From the NCBI RefSeq assembly GCF_009914755.1, contig NC_060930.1: a stretch of 64,000 nt of DNA, one strand, 5' to 3'. Source of the DNA: the human T2T-CHM13v2.0 reference genome, Homo sapiens. This document shows positions 1-11,849 of the stretch, piece after piece. A program made the position numbers and the translations under genes. The first letter of the stretch is position 1. Each line of letters starts with the position of its first letter. The notes under the pieces were generated by a model. It saw nothing but the letters and a program-made list of their open reading frames with translations. It was not told the origin of the DNA and searched no databases.

Positions 1-39
1 TTAGGTAGGTCCTAAACTGTTTAAAAATAGGCATGATGG

Positions 40-700
40 CATGATGACATTAGTGTTTTAGAACTCCACTCTAGATGCAATATGTGAGACTGATTTGAGG
101 GAGACAACAATGGCTGCAGTGACATCAGTCTAATGATGATGGCTGTGACGATGACAATAGTGACAGCAGCTATCTGAGCAACTCATCGAGTATGACAGGG
201 GCAGAAACCAAGTTCAGTGGCTTGAATAATGCCTAAGATGAGGAGTGCGCAACAGTGCAGACTCTTATTCAAGAATTTGGGTAGGAAAAAAAATGAGGGG
301 TTAGAGCAGTAGGTATGAAAGATAGGACTGAGAGAAGGCTGTTCTTTAGAATGGGAAAAGTTCAGGGTTTTGGTAAAAGACAGGAGATTTTTAAGAAAAA
401 ACAATTGAAGAAAAGATGAGAATTAACTAATGAGATGCTATCATGGGAAGTTGAGGGATTGGGTACAATCACACAAATAGAAGAGTTAACTGGGCAAGAG
501 ACTAAGAATCTCTTGTTTAAGGGGTAAGCAGGAAGGTAATTTTAGATGCATGAGAGGGAAGCTGGCTGAGTATATACTTGATGGTTTCTATTTTTTTCTG
601 TAAGTATGGTCTGAATATTAAAGAGAGTGGTGACAATTAGTCATATGAACGAACTGAAGTTGATATTTATACTATTTTTCACAGAGAGAGGAGAAGAGAG
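40..700 (-). mobile_element. Degraded L2 LINE fragments
   Basis: Purine-rich antisense L2-like text (e.g. ACTCTAGATGCAATATGTGAGACTGATTTGAGGGAG; ACTCTTATTCAAGAATTTGG; CTTGATGGTTTCTATTTT); boundaries approximate. Confidence 0.5.
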
Positions 701-1390
701 AAGTAGGGTTTAATAATTTGTATACTACAAACACAGAGGAAATACACCCATGTCTTACTTAACAATAAGCATTTTCCCCAAATCCATTTACAGTATAGTT
801 TATTGCTAAATGAGTGTAAATTCTTAACTATTGATTAATATTCTTACATTAGATATGTCCTCCAACATTTTTGCTTTTTGCAGTGCTTCAGAAGGACAAA
901 GCCTCCTCCAGGCCCCATGTGCTTCTTCCATGTTAAAAATCTGCAGGAGAGTGTTTCTGCCTCCATATTTATTCATTTGTCAAGTAGTTATGGAGGGCCT
1001 CAGTACAGGCATGATGCTGAATGAGGAAGACAGTCTGTGTCCTCGTGGAACTTACTGTCTACTGGACCCTCTCTTTTCAGCAAGCCCTCTTCTCACACAA
1101 TTTCTCTACCAGCAGCAGAAAATAATGAGTATTGTTTTCAATGCAATTTCATTAAGTGAGGTTCGTGCATCATTAATTTGTGTAGTAAGACAAAGCATTG
1201 AAATTTCTCTATTTTGCACATCCTACTTTGCAGATTATTCATCTGAATAATGAGGCCACAGATCACCTAAAGAATCTTTTCATAATATTGAATCTATGAA
1301 TTGAACTGGAATTCTGCTCTAAGAAATGACAACTTTGTATCTCGTCTCAGGAAAAGACTATTATAACATCTTATAAAAATATTTCATAGC

Positions 1391-1733
<343 letters not shown>

Positions 1734-3009
1734 TCACTTTAAAATGAAATGAAAATGTCTTAGAATATTGCAAATATATTTATTTTTTCATATTATACAT
1801 ATATTTACCTTTAAAAATGTATTAATAAAACAGCAATAATATTTAACAATAAAGATAAAAGCAAAAGGAACTTAAAAACTCAATTATTTGGAATGCATGG
1901 GAGACTATGAACTATGAAATTTTTGATTCAGAAATCTCTTTGTTGAATGAGTTTTTATTGGAGATGTGGTATCAAAAACCACCTTTCTCCTTTGGAAATA
2001 TATTGAATACAAATCAATCTTCTTTGACATTTGAAGATTTTTCTATGCTTATGAATATAACCAGAATATTATTAGTAATATGCTTGAAAATGTAGAAAGT
2101 GTAGGAGATTGAAATAAATATATAATGGCATTCAGTTGCTGTTTCCCTTAAGTTCTTTATTTAAGTTTGATTTCTTTTAAGTATTGCCAATTTAGTTCTG
2201 AAAATAAGGGATAGGGAAATCAATATCTCCCATGCACTCTAAGTGACTCCCATGTTTACAAAATATTCAAACAATAAAATTTTGTTTTATTTTTAGTAGA
2301 TAAGCATTTAATAATTATTAAAATTAGCATTTTATTTTGGGACTCTGGGCCTGTCAGGTATATTTTTAAGTAAAATGTTTCAAGATTTTTATTAACTTAT
2401 TATATACTTTTGTTCAGAAAATTATAGCCTCCATCTTAATATTCAAAAATGGAAAAAAACTTATAAGAAAAAGATCTTCACTATGCTCTGAACTCTTATA
2501 TGTTATCATTTCTCATTAAATCCAGTTAAAATAAAAAAACAAAACCCTTGTTAGCTTGTGAAGCAGTGAATTATCCAGTTCTCCAGATAAGAGAAAAGCT
2601 ATTTGAACTTCTCACATATCTCCTAATCTTCAAAGCCTTGAAATGTGTTATTTTCGGCTACTTTTCTGCCAACCTTATTTTAGATGGAAGCTCATTTCTT
2701 TTAAAGTTTCTATCATTGATTTCTAACTGAAAAACAAAACACGAAGCTTGCTGATAGCGAAAGTCCCCAAGTGAAATAGCATTAAGGGCATTAAGTTGTT
2801 CCATAAAGGTATTTAGGAACCACAAGGTATGTAGTCAGCAGTGGGAAAAGCTAAGGAGTGGGTGACAAAGCATCTCTGGTCTCCTTTCAAAATGAGTCAG
2901 AAGAGAAAATGTATTATGAAGAGAGATCTCTCCACCCCATATTGTCAAATGTCAATCATAGTAATTAAGGACTGAAAAGTAACACCCATATTCATTTGCA
3001 AGGAGATAG

Positions 3010-3770
3010 TTTTTTTTTTTATAATTAAGGGAGTAAAATCTAATAACACAGCCATGGTATCTCAATCACATAAAGCATAAAGAACATAAAGAGTCCCCAC
3101 AATAACACTACCCCAAAAGACTCACTATCAGCTTTATATCGTGTCTCTTTCCAGATGCTTTTCTAGGTGTGTCTAAACAAATACTTTTTAAAAGGATTGT
3201 AATATGAATATTATTTTAAAAACTACCTTTTAAACTTAATATAGTATTGCTCTTATTTCTAAAAATAAATGTAGAGCCACATTACTATGTGTATGATATC
3301 CTTATATGCAGATAATACATAATTTATTTAACTCATTCTTTATTGATTGACATTTAGATTGCCTCTAGACCTTTGTTCTTATAAGCTCAATGATGAAAAA
3401 CATGTCTGCATAGCATGCATTTATGAAATTATTTCAGGATGCATTTCTGAAAGTCGTAACATTGTGGAAAAGGACACGTATAATCTACGTTTTGATACAT
3501 ATTTACAAACTGTACTTCTAAATGCAGAGTTATTGCCCCCAATATTGCATAGAAGAGCAAATTTCTTCAACATTCCTCATTATAATATGTATTATATTTC
3601 ATCTTCATCTTGCCCAGTGAAATTTAGTTTTGATTTTTGATTATGAGTGAGGTTGAATAGATGTTCATGTGCTTATTGGACATTTTCACCTTTTCCTGCT
3701 CTCTCAGTTTCCTAATGTGGTGTCTCTTTTTCTTTTTTCTTCTTATACTTATTTGTAAGAGTTTTTCATG
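3010..3770 (-). mobile_element. Old L1M/L1ME 3' region
   Basis: Antisense L1M motifs such as TTATGAGTGAGGTTGAATAGATGTTCATGTGCTTATTGGACATTT and AATTTATTTAACTCATTC. Confidence 0.65.
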
Positions 3771-3789
3771 TTCATTCCATTAAGTAGGG

Positions 3790-4760
3790 ATGTGCCTATC
3801 AGATGTTCAGTGAAAAGCTTGGACTAGTGTTGTAAACCTAAGAGTCTATGGGATGCCTTGAAAGTCCAGTATCATATGTGATCACCTATGAGGAAAGTTT
3901 ACAAAGTAAGGAGAAGAGTTTCCAGGGAAAAATCCAGGAAAACTGATATTTGAAAGTTGAAGAAAGGATAAGAAGTCAGCAAAGAATACAGAGCAAGAGT
4001 TGGGGTTTGTTTTGTTTTTTGAGACAGGGTCTCACCCTGTCACCCAGGCTGGAATGCGGTGACACGATCATAGCTCACTGCAGCTTTGAACTCCTGGGCT
4101 CAAGTGATCCTGTTGCCTCAGCCTCCTGAGTAGCTGGGACTACAGGTGCATGCCACCACACCCAACTAATTTTTATTTTTATTTTTTGGTAGAGATGGGG
4201 TCTTGCTGTGTTGTCCAGGTTGTTCTCAAACTCCTGGCCTCAAGAGATCTTCTGGCCTCAGCCTCCCAAAGTGCTGGAATTACAGGTTTAAGCCACCTCC
4301 CGGCCAGGAAGAATTGTTAGTAAGGCAGAAAGGGTGCCAAAAGATTATGGTGTCACAAGAGAAGAGAATGTATCAAAATGGAGAAAGTGGTTGATGATGT
4401 GTAACTCTGCTGAGAGGTCTAAAACACGTGTGTGGGGTTTGGCTGCTTGAAGGCTACTGGCAGAAAGCTGGGGGAGGTAATGGTGCAGATCTTAACCTTC
4501 AGTGGGTTAATGAGTGAATTGGATCCTAGATGGCAGGGAGAGCATACACAAACACTTCTTTCAAGTAGCTTCACTGTGAAAGCAGAGATAGAACGTAGTG
4601 GCTGGAGGGAGAGCCTGAGTCAAGTTTGAAGATAGAAGCTCACTATGATGGCAATAATCCAGTCAAAGAAAGGCTGTGTTGCAGGAGAATGATGGGAAAA
4701 CCGAAGGAGGCAAGTTTTTAAGCAAGCAAGAGGACACGGGTTCTAGCAAAAGGATGGACT
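3790..4760 (-). mobile_element. L2 fragment interrupted by an Alu
   Basis: Antisense L2-like purine-rich sequence on both sides of the Alu at 4006-4305. Confidence 0.6.
4006..4305 (-). mobile_element. AluJ SINE
   Basis: T-rich tail then GAGACAGGGTCTCAC...GATCATAGCTCACTGCAGC...CTCCTGGGCTCAAGTGATCC (AluJ diagnostics), ending CCCGGCC. Confidence 0.92.
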
Positions 4761-4764
4761 CCTG

Positions 4765-5280
4765 TGAAAATCCCTGGCCAAGATTACCAATGACCTTCAT
4801 ACCAAATCTAATGAAGATTTGTTAATTTTCATCTTACTAATATACCTAACACATTTGGCTACTTATTCCCTCTACTCCTTGACTTCCATGACATCTCTCT
4901 TTCCTGGTTCTTTTCTGTCCTTTCTGAATGCATTTTCTAAACTTCTTTTGGGGCATCTCTTCCCTGCCAATCCATTCTTGGTGTGTTTCAGCACCCTATC
5001 TCTGGTTCATTTTTCTTCTCTTGCTGCATGCTGTCCCTGGGTGATCTCTTTTGGACTTATGAATAAACTCTCATTTATATGTCCATGACTCCCACATTGA
5101 AACCTAATTCCAACCTCAGAAATTGATCTTATAGCCAATGGCTTGATAGACAGTTTCACCCAAATATCCCACAGGAACCTAAAACTCAAGGATCCCAAAC
5201 TGAATTCATCACACACTCTGCTTTAAGATTTGCTTCCTATATTCTGTTCTCTCAGTTAATGATACTGTCAACTACCGATG
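4765..5280 (+). mobile_element. L2 fragment (RT region, sense)
   Basis: CCAAGATTACCAATGACCTTCAT (KITNDL) and later CACAGGAACCTAAAACTCAAG...AAACTGAATTCATC match L2 ORF2 sense sequence. Confidence 0.65.
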
Positions 5281-8244
5281 CCATATCCAAAAATTTATTT
5301 AACTCATTCTTTATTGATGACATTTAGATTGCCTGTAGACCTTTGCTATCATAAACTCAATGATGAAAAACTTGTCTATATATCACGTATTTGTATCTCT
5401 TCTCTTAGGCTTGTTGATGCCCTGAATTTGACTAAGAGAAAAATGCTTGAATTCAGAGATAAGGTTAACAAATTAGGAAACATTTGGCAAAAAATTTAAG
5501 ATAAAATTATATAAAGTTAGTTTTGAGAAGTAAATGGAGTCAAAACTTCTCTCTTTTCACTTCAAACTTGCTAAGTTAAATAGTGAGGCATTAGCTAACT
5601 CTCTGTATCAGTTGTCTGTTCATGAGAGAAGCAAGAAAAAACAATTGCTGATTGTCACTTTTTATTTTAAAATGCAATGTGTGGGTTTATTTTTCAAAAA
5701 TTATCAGAAGTACATCAAATTACGAAGAACAGAAAACAACATTAATACTTATGCAGGTTCAAGAACAATAATTTGCCACTATTTTTCTTCATCATAGACA
5801 TATATATCACCAAGAACTTGTGGTAAGTGACAAGTACCAGCTTTTTGCAAATAATATGTTTGCTCTAACTTTTATTGATCAAGAGGCACTAAAAAGTTTA
5901 CAGAACACCTATTTCTGATATTATTAAAGTGGTTGGCCAAGCTAAGCTTCTGGTTCATACTCAGTACTCAAATATTAGTTCAAAGTTCAAATATATTTGG
6001 GGGAAAATTCAGTTTCGATTGCAAAAAATATGTTTGGTTGCCCTCAAGATACACTTTTTGGTACCTGTTGTTTTCATGTCTGCAGAGAACACTTGGCTCT
6101 CACATTTTATTGCATCTTATTATTGTCTTGCCTCTGCACACACATACAAAAATGCCAGCCTTTGCCCAAAACATAGTCACTTCTGACTTGACAGGGAATC
6201 TCAGAAATGGCAATCGTGACACAAAACACATTGGACTATCAGGAGGTATGGGAAAAAAATCAAATAACTAAAGATTTATTAAAGGCTAATTTAATAATGA
6301 TAAGAATGGAAGTGATAAAAATGAGTCTATGTGATAAAATTATTTTTGCATTAATAATCTAGCTACTTGCTTCAATAAGAAAAGGTACCCATTTTAAAGG
6401 GGATCAATTTCCACTGAAGCCGGAATCTGTTAGATGAAAATCTTCAGGTGGGGTTGTTTGTAACTTGCCATGACAAGAAGCACCAATAAAAGGGCTAATG
6501 TACAGCTAAAAATAAGAGGTGCTTAGCACCTACCACTTCCCACCATTATGCAGGATGTTAAGAATAGGGTGTCCCAAGTGCTCTGGGCCTGGAGGTGAGG
6601 AAGGGTGAAGCAGATGACAGATCCCAGAGAACTGAGCAGAGAATCAGATATGGAGAACACAAGGCACAAGCACCCTTCCTAGAATCGGGGTAGCATAAAT
6701 CTAGCGTCTAGAGTTGGAGTACTTACTTCTTTATTTATAAGGTAGGGATTTTGAACAGAGGAACAATTTGCTGAATCCAGGGAACAAGTAGAACCAACCA
6801 AACAGCCAATTTGGCCAAGTTGCAGTTGGTCTTTAGAATTCCAGAGGGCCTGAGAGAGTGGGCCATGGCATCCAGAAGCCAGGTAGAACAAGCAATCTGG
6901 TTTTTGTACAGTATCTACATCAGTATACTCTTTCTCGAATTCCGGGTCACTAGTTTCAGAAAATATAGACTTCTTTCTTGGATATCTTTCCTAGAAAAAC
7001 TTTTATTATTAACCTCCCCTGTTCTAGTTCTCATGATCCAAGTATCTATGGACACACTTAATGATTACAAAAAAAATCTATTTACAAAATTTATCATCTT
7101 TCCCTGTGTACAGATATGCATTCGCAACATTAAGTTTGTGCACCACATATACATCGTGAGCTTTCTGCCAAACAACCATGAATGCCCACTTCCTCAACCT
7201 ATGATTGGGCAGGGGACTTCCCTCCTCTGGTTCACTGGCCTTGTGGCTTTGTCTGTCTGTGGCTCAGGCACTCATACTACACCCCAAGTTCTTGGATGGC
7301 TTTCATTGCCACCATTTGTGCAGTTTCCACTCCTCCACAATGCAGTGTAGATGTATCAGGTATACGGGTTTACTCAGTTCTCTTAGAGATTTGGTATAGA
7401 AGGTATTCTTATTCTTGGAATAAGAAGCACTAAAGCTAAAAGGGTAGCCAGCTCAGATCTGCCCAGTTTAACTCTGCCATTGTTGCTCTTCCTCCTGACT
7501 TTGAGGAATAGAAAATAACTACAAAGGATGGAAACAGTATATATTTCCTAAGAGGGACCTTACCTAGTATTTCTTATAATCAATACTTTAAACCTGTTTC
7601 CTTTTTAATTTTCATCCTAACACAGCAACAAGAAGAGACATGTGTAATACAGTATGAGCGCTGACCAATTATCATTCTTCTTTTCCCAAAATATGAAAGA
7701 AGGAATACTCATAGCTAGCTGATAGATTAGCAACAATTCAGAAATGAACAGTTAGGCCATTTCTTGCAGCTCGTCATTTCTTTGTATAACAAGAACTGAA
7801 GGCAGCAGTTAAAAGGGAGATGCAGTAAGGAGTGTTTTATTATTCATTGTTAGCACTTTAACTCAAAGTAGGTGAGAGAGTGAGGCATAGAGGGATGGAA
7901 ACACAGGATAGATGGGCTTTGACAAGTGCAAGAGAGGAGGCTGGTGCTTGAGGTCATTCCTGGTCTGGATGGAGCCCTGCATTGGAGGCAGAGCTGACCA
8001 CAGAAGGTCACTGAATGCCAGAGAGGAGGTGGTGGGACTCTGAAGATGCTGCCCATTCCTCATGCTAGCTCTCCAATATCTCAAGTTGCGAAAGTTATGA
8101 TAAGGGTTAAGGATGTTATGGGCTATTAGACTGCTACCTTCCAACACTTAACATTTTATGATTCTAAAACAGTTCATTAGTTGCTTTCTAAAACCTCACC
8201 TAAAGTATAAGCTAGTCACATTTTTGAAAAGAAGTAAGAAACAA

Positions 8245-8445
8245 ACTTGTTGAATGCCTATGTGTCAAGCACGGTATTAGGCAATGTACACATATTATCT
8301 CATATAACCCCACAATCCTGTGATGAAGGAGTTATCTTTCCATTTTGTGGGTAAGAAAACAGACTCACAGTGATTAACCATCTTACCTAATATCACACAG
8401 CTTTATGTAACAGAGAGTGGAGATCTGATTCAGTGCTCATCCTGT
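8245..8445 (-). mobile_element. MIR SINE
   Basis: Antisense MIR core (CCATTTTGTGGGTAAGAAAACAGACTCACAG...ATCACACAGCT). Confidence 0.7.
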
Positions 8446-8894
8446 TTCTATCATATTATGGTACCTCTATGAAAACCCCACCATATGTAAGACCATGCAT
8501 GAAACCAGGGATATTTAAAGGGAGACAGATTCAGGTAGCTCTAGAAGCTAAAGCAAAATTTGAATAGTTGTGTAATTTTCTGGGAAGGGACAATTTATAG
8601 TTCTCATCATATTCTCAAAGGGTTAACCATAAAATTTGAAGAACCACTGCACTCAGTGTATTTAGAAAACAACAGCCATTTCCCCCTTCAGTTCCACCAT
8701 ATGGCATCATAAGCTCATTCCCAACATACTCAATTTTCTCTGGTGATTGAAGCAAGGGTAGAAACCTTAGAAAGGAGATTAAATAATAATGAAATATACA
8801 AGAGTCCATTTGGCTATGTGTGCTGTTTGGCGGCTGCCCATACAATTTCTGGTTATCAGCACACCCCAGGGGCTATTGTAGGTTCATTAATATA

Positions 8895-9005
8895 ATTTTA
8901 GACTAGAAGATCCTTGGAGATCATATAGTCCAATCCCCTCAGTTTATAGATGACAAAACCAAGACCCTCAGGGCTAGAGTGACTCACATTTTCACACAGC
9001 CTTTC
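8895..9005 (-). mobile_element. MIR3 fragment
   Basis: CCTTGGAGATCATATAGTCCAATCCCCTCAGTTTATAGATGA. Confidence 0.6.
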
Positions 9006-9699
9006 ACTGGCTTGATAATGGATTTAATATTTATCCAGTAATCAGTCACTTTTGGCCATCATCTATGCCTCCATGATCAGTCAATGGGAGGAGAAAACAT
9101 TGGGCTTATGCTCAAATTGACCCTTCCAGTGCTAGTATTGATCTAGCATTACCAGATACTATTTAGCTTTTGAGCTTTAATCAGATTAGCTGCGGTGGCA
9201 CCACGTCGTCTGGCACCAGAGTGGTCTGTGGACGATGTCAGGAAAAGTTGATATGATGCTGAGAATTCTTGTATTCTGAATTAGTAAATGAGAAAAAAGA
9301 AGATGCCCTTCTCAAATGCAGCTTAATGAGGCAGACTGCCAATTTTGCTAATATAAAGGCAAGTTATAATGACAAAATAAGTAATTTAATTAGTCTATTG
9401 CAAATGAAAACATTCCATCCACACCATTATTTCAAAGTATTATGATTTCATTGATTTCCATTTCAGTGAAAATATAAGAAGGAACTTTTAAAAAAAATCC
9501 ATTAAAAAATCTTTAAACCGGGTATAAGAGGAAACTGCTAAAATAAATTGCATTTTTAGACTGCATTATAAAATTTCATTTTGGTACAAATTGATGCATG
9601 CTCCTAGTCATCTGACATGATCCTAAAGTACTGAAATAAATTACATATTTTAAATAAAAACACTGCAGAAAGCTTCATTTAAATTGACTTAAATGGGCA

Positions 9700-9882
9700 G
9701 GAGGCAGCATATGCTGTAGAGACAGCTCTGGAATGGGATGCAGGGAGGTTCTATGCAGCGTGAACTTGGGTAGCACACTTAGCCTCTCTAGGACTTACTT
9801 TTTCATCCTGAAAAATGTGGAGGTCTGCCTGTGTGAGTTTTAAGGCTTTGTCCAGCTCTAAGTTGATAAGCCTATGATTCTG
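9700..9882 (+). mobile_element. MIR3 SINE
   Basis: GTGAACTTGGGTAG..CTTAGCCTCTCT..TCATCCTGAAAAATG..TCCAGCTCTAA..CTATGATTCT. Confidence 0.6.
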
Positions 9883-10109
9883 TCATAACATTTTTATCAC
9901 TGAATATGAATTCAGAAAGCTTGTTCTCATTACAAAAAATAAAAGGGGTTGGGATTAGCCATATAAAAAGCAATATTACCAAAAATGGGTGGTGCAGATT
10001 AACAATTATCACAGAAAAGTGGAGAAAAAAGAAATTAAATCAATATAATTTTGTTTAGGTTCCATGTTTTTTTTTTAAAAATGCCCCAAGTAGACTTATT
10101 ATAATAGGT

Positions 10110-10320
10110 TATCATAGAATCGTAGAATCAGAGGGGATCTTAGAGGCTGTCTATTAAATACCATTCACAATATAAATTTCCTCTAAAGTAACACAGAGAC
10201 ATGATGTCTATCTGTTGCTTGAGTATTTCCATTAACTAATAATAGGAGAAAGTCCACTTGGACAGGTCTAATTGTTACAAAGTTCTTTGTAGTAGTTAAA
10301 ACCTGGCTTCCAGTTGCCTT
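10110..10320 (-). mobile_element. L3/CR1 LINE 3' fragment
   Basis: ATCATAGAAT..GGGATCTTAGAG..TGCTTGAGTATTTCCA..CTAATTGTTACAAAGTTCTT, typical antisense L3 3' end. Confidence 0.55.
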
Positions 10321-10589
10321 TGCTGATTTCTGCTGCTCAGTTCTGGTGTATGTTGTTTCTCAATTGATCATGGAGACCAAATTTTGCCATCTCATCAGGC
10401 CCACTCCCTGGTTTCTTTTCTTTCTTCTTACTAATCTCTACCAATTCCTGTTTCTCTTTTATAATTTTTGGAGATTCTTAAACACAGTAAGTGAGATTAT
10501 GTATATATGAAATAAATGAATTGACAAATTCATTTAGAGTAGAAATCAAACAGCTCTTAAGAAATATAATCTAGCCCTGGATGAACAGA

Positions 10590-10621
10590 AATTATATTTC
10601 TAATAAATTAGAAATATAATT
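10590..10621. repeat. Perfect 15-bp inverted repeat with a 2-nt loop
   Basis: AATTATATTTCTAAT-AA-ATTAGAAATATAATT. Confidence 0.95.
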
Positions 10622-11184
10622 AATCCAGGCTCTGGGGAGGCTTATGTTTCAGAAATATATATTCTATACCTAAGAAGAAAGTTACAACTTCAAATTAAAG
10701 CAAAAATCTAGTTTATTTATTGCTGACTCAGTATCTCTTCCCTTACAATTGTATCCTATTTTTTAAAAATTTTCCTCAATTTTATCCCCTCATTGCCTCC
10801 CACATGATTGAATTCATTCAATATGACATCCCAATTAGTATTCTTTCTGCCTTAAGCTATATATTTAAGATAAGCCTTTGTATTAAGATAAATATTTTCA
10901 TTTTCTCCTTCTCTTTCACTTCAGAGGAAGAATTCTCTCCTCTCCTTTCCAAAACAAATTCTACATTTTCCACTCTATGATTGCCACCTGTCTGCAGGAG
11001 GACCGTGGCCCACTAAGTCCTCCTTCTTTTTCTCAAATCTTCCATCTTTCCTGGCATGCTATAAATATGTTCTCAATATATTAGCAAAGCAGAAAAATGA
11101 CAGTGTTGGATGGATAGTGGATGACACTGGTGAGCCACTGTATCAACCATATCCTAATGCTACACTTCTTTGAACATATATTTA

Positions 11185-11830
11185 TTTAATTTTTTGAACA
11201 TATTTATCATAGGCTCTTTAAAGTCTGTCTGCTAAATCCTACTTCTGGGTCACCTAAGAGTCACCTTCTATTAACTCTTTTCCATTATTGTTAGCCACAT
11301 TTTCCTATGTCTTTACATGTACAGAATTTTGGATTGAATCCTAGATTTGGTAGACGATATGTTGTAAAGGTTCTGGAGTCTGTGTTCTCCCTTTGAGGAG
11401 TGTTCATTTTATTCTAGTAGGCAGTTAATTACTGGATGATCACCTTGACATTGTCTAGGACAGATGTGTAAAAAGGTCAAGGTGTCTCTCAATCCCCTCT
11501 AACAGGGCAAGACTTAACTTTGAAAGATTATCTCCCCTTCTAAGGAATCTTGACACACATGTTTTTAAGCTTTGCAGAGAAGGGTATGGTACTAAACCTA
11601 AGGCATAGCCTTTCTAATGTTGCATTAGATGTTGGAGGTGATTACAAGGTGCGAAGATGTTAACCTGCCTAAGATGGAACACCAAAGTCTTCCAGTGCTG
11701 CTGTTCCATTTTCAACTCCATAGTACATAGTCACTTACTGCTAAGCCACAGGAGAGTTCTCCCTGAGCCCAGCCTTCAGCCCAGGATCCACGTGGGACCT
11801 CCACAAAGACCCCTGGGATTCCTCTACAAA
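11185..11830 (-). mobile_element. Old L1M fragment (ORF1/5' region)
   Basis: TTTGAACATATTTATCATAGGCTCTTTAAAGTCTGTCTGCTAA...CTAGTAGGCAGTTAATTACTGG resembles antisense L1M4/L1ME 5' sequence. Confidence 0.55.
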
Positions 11831-11849
11831 TTCCTTTCTCTCTACCAAC

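Noticed and set aside
831-1250. 139-aa ORF
   Set aside because: TTG start, runs through an L2-like fragment, no recognisable homology.
5780-5830. AG...GTAAGT spaced 25 nt apart (possible plus-strand micro-exon)
   Set aside because: Such signal pairs are expected by chance in 64 kb; no supporting frame or neighbouring exons.
6811-7350. Longest ORF (179 aa)
   Set aside because: Starts at TTG, no recognisable domain, composition typical of AT-rich non-coding frames, no convincing splice context.
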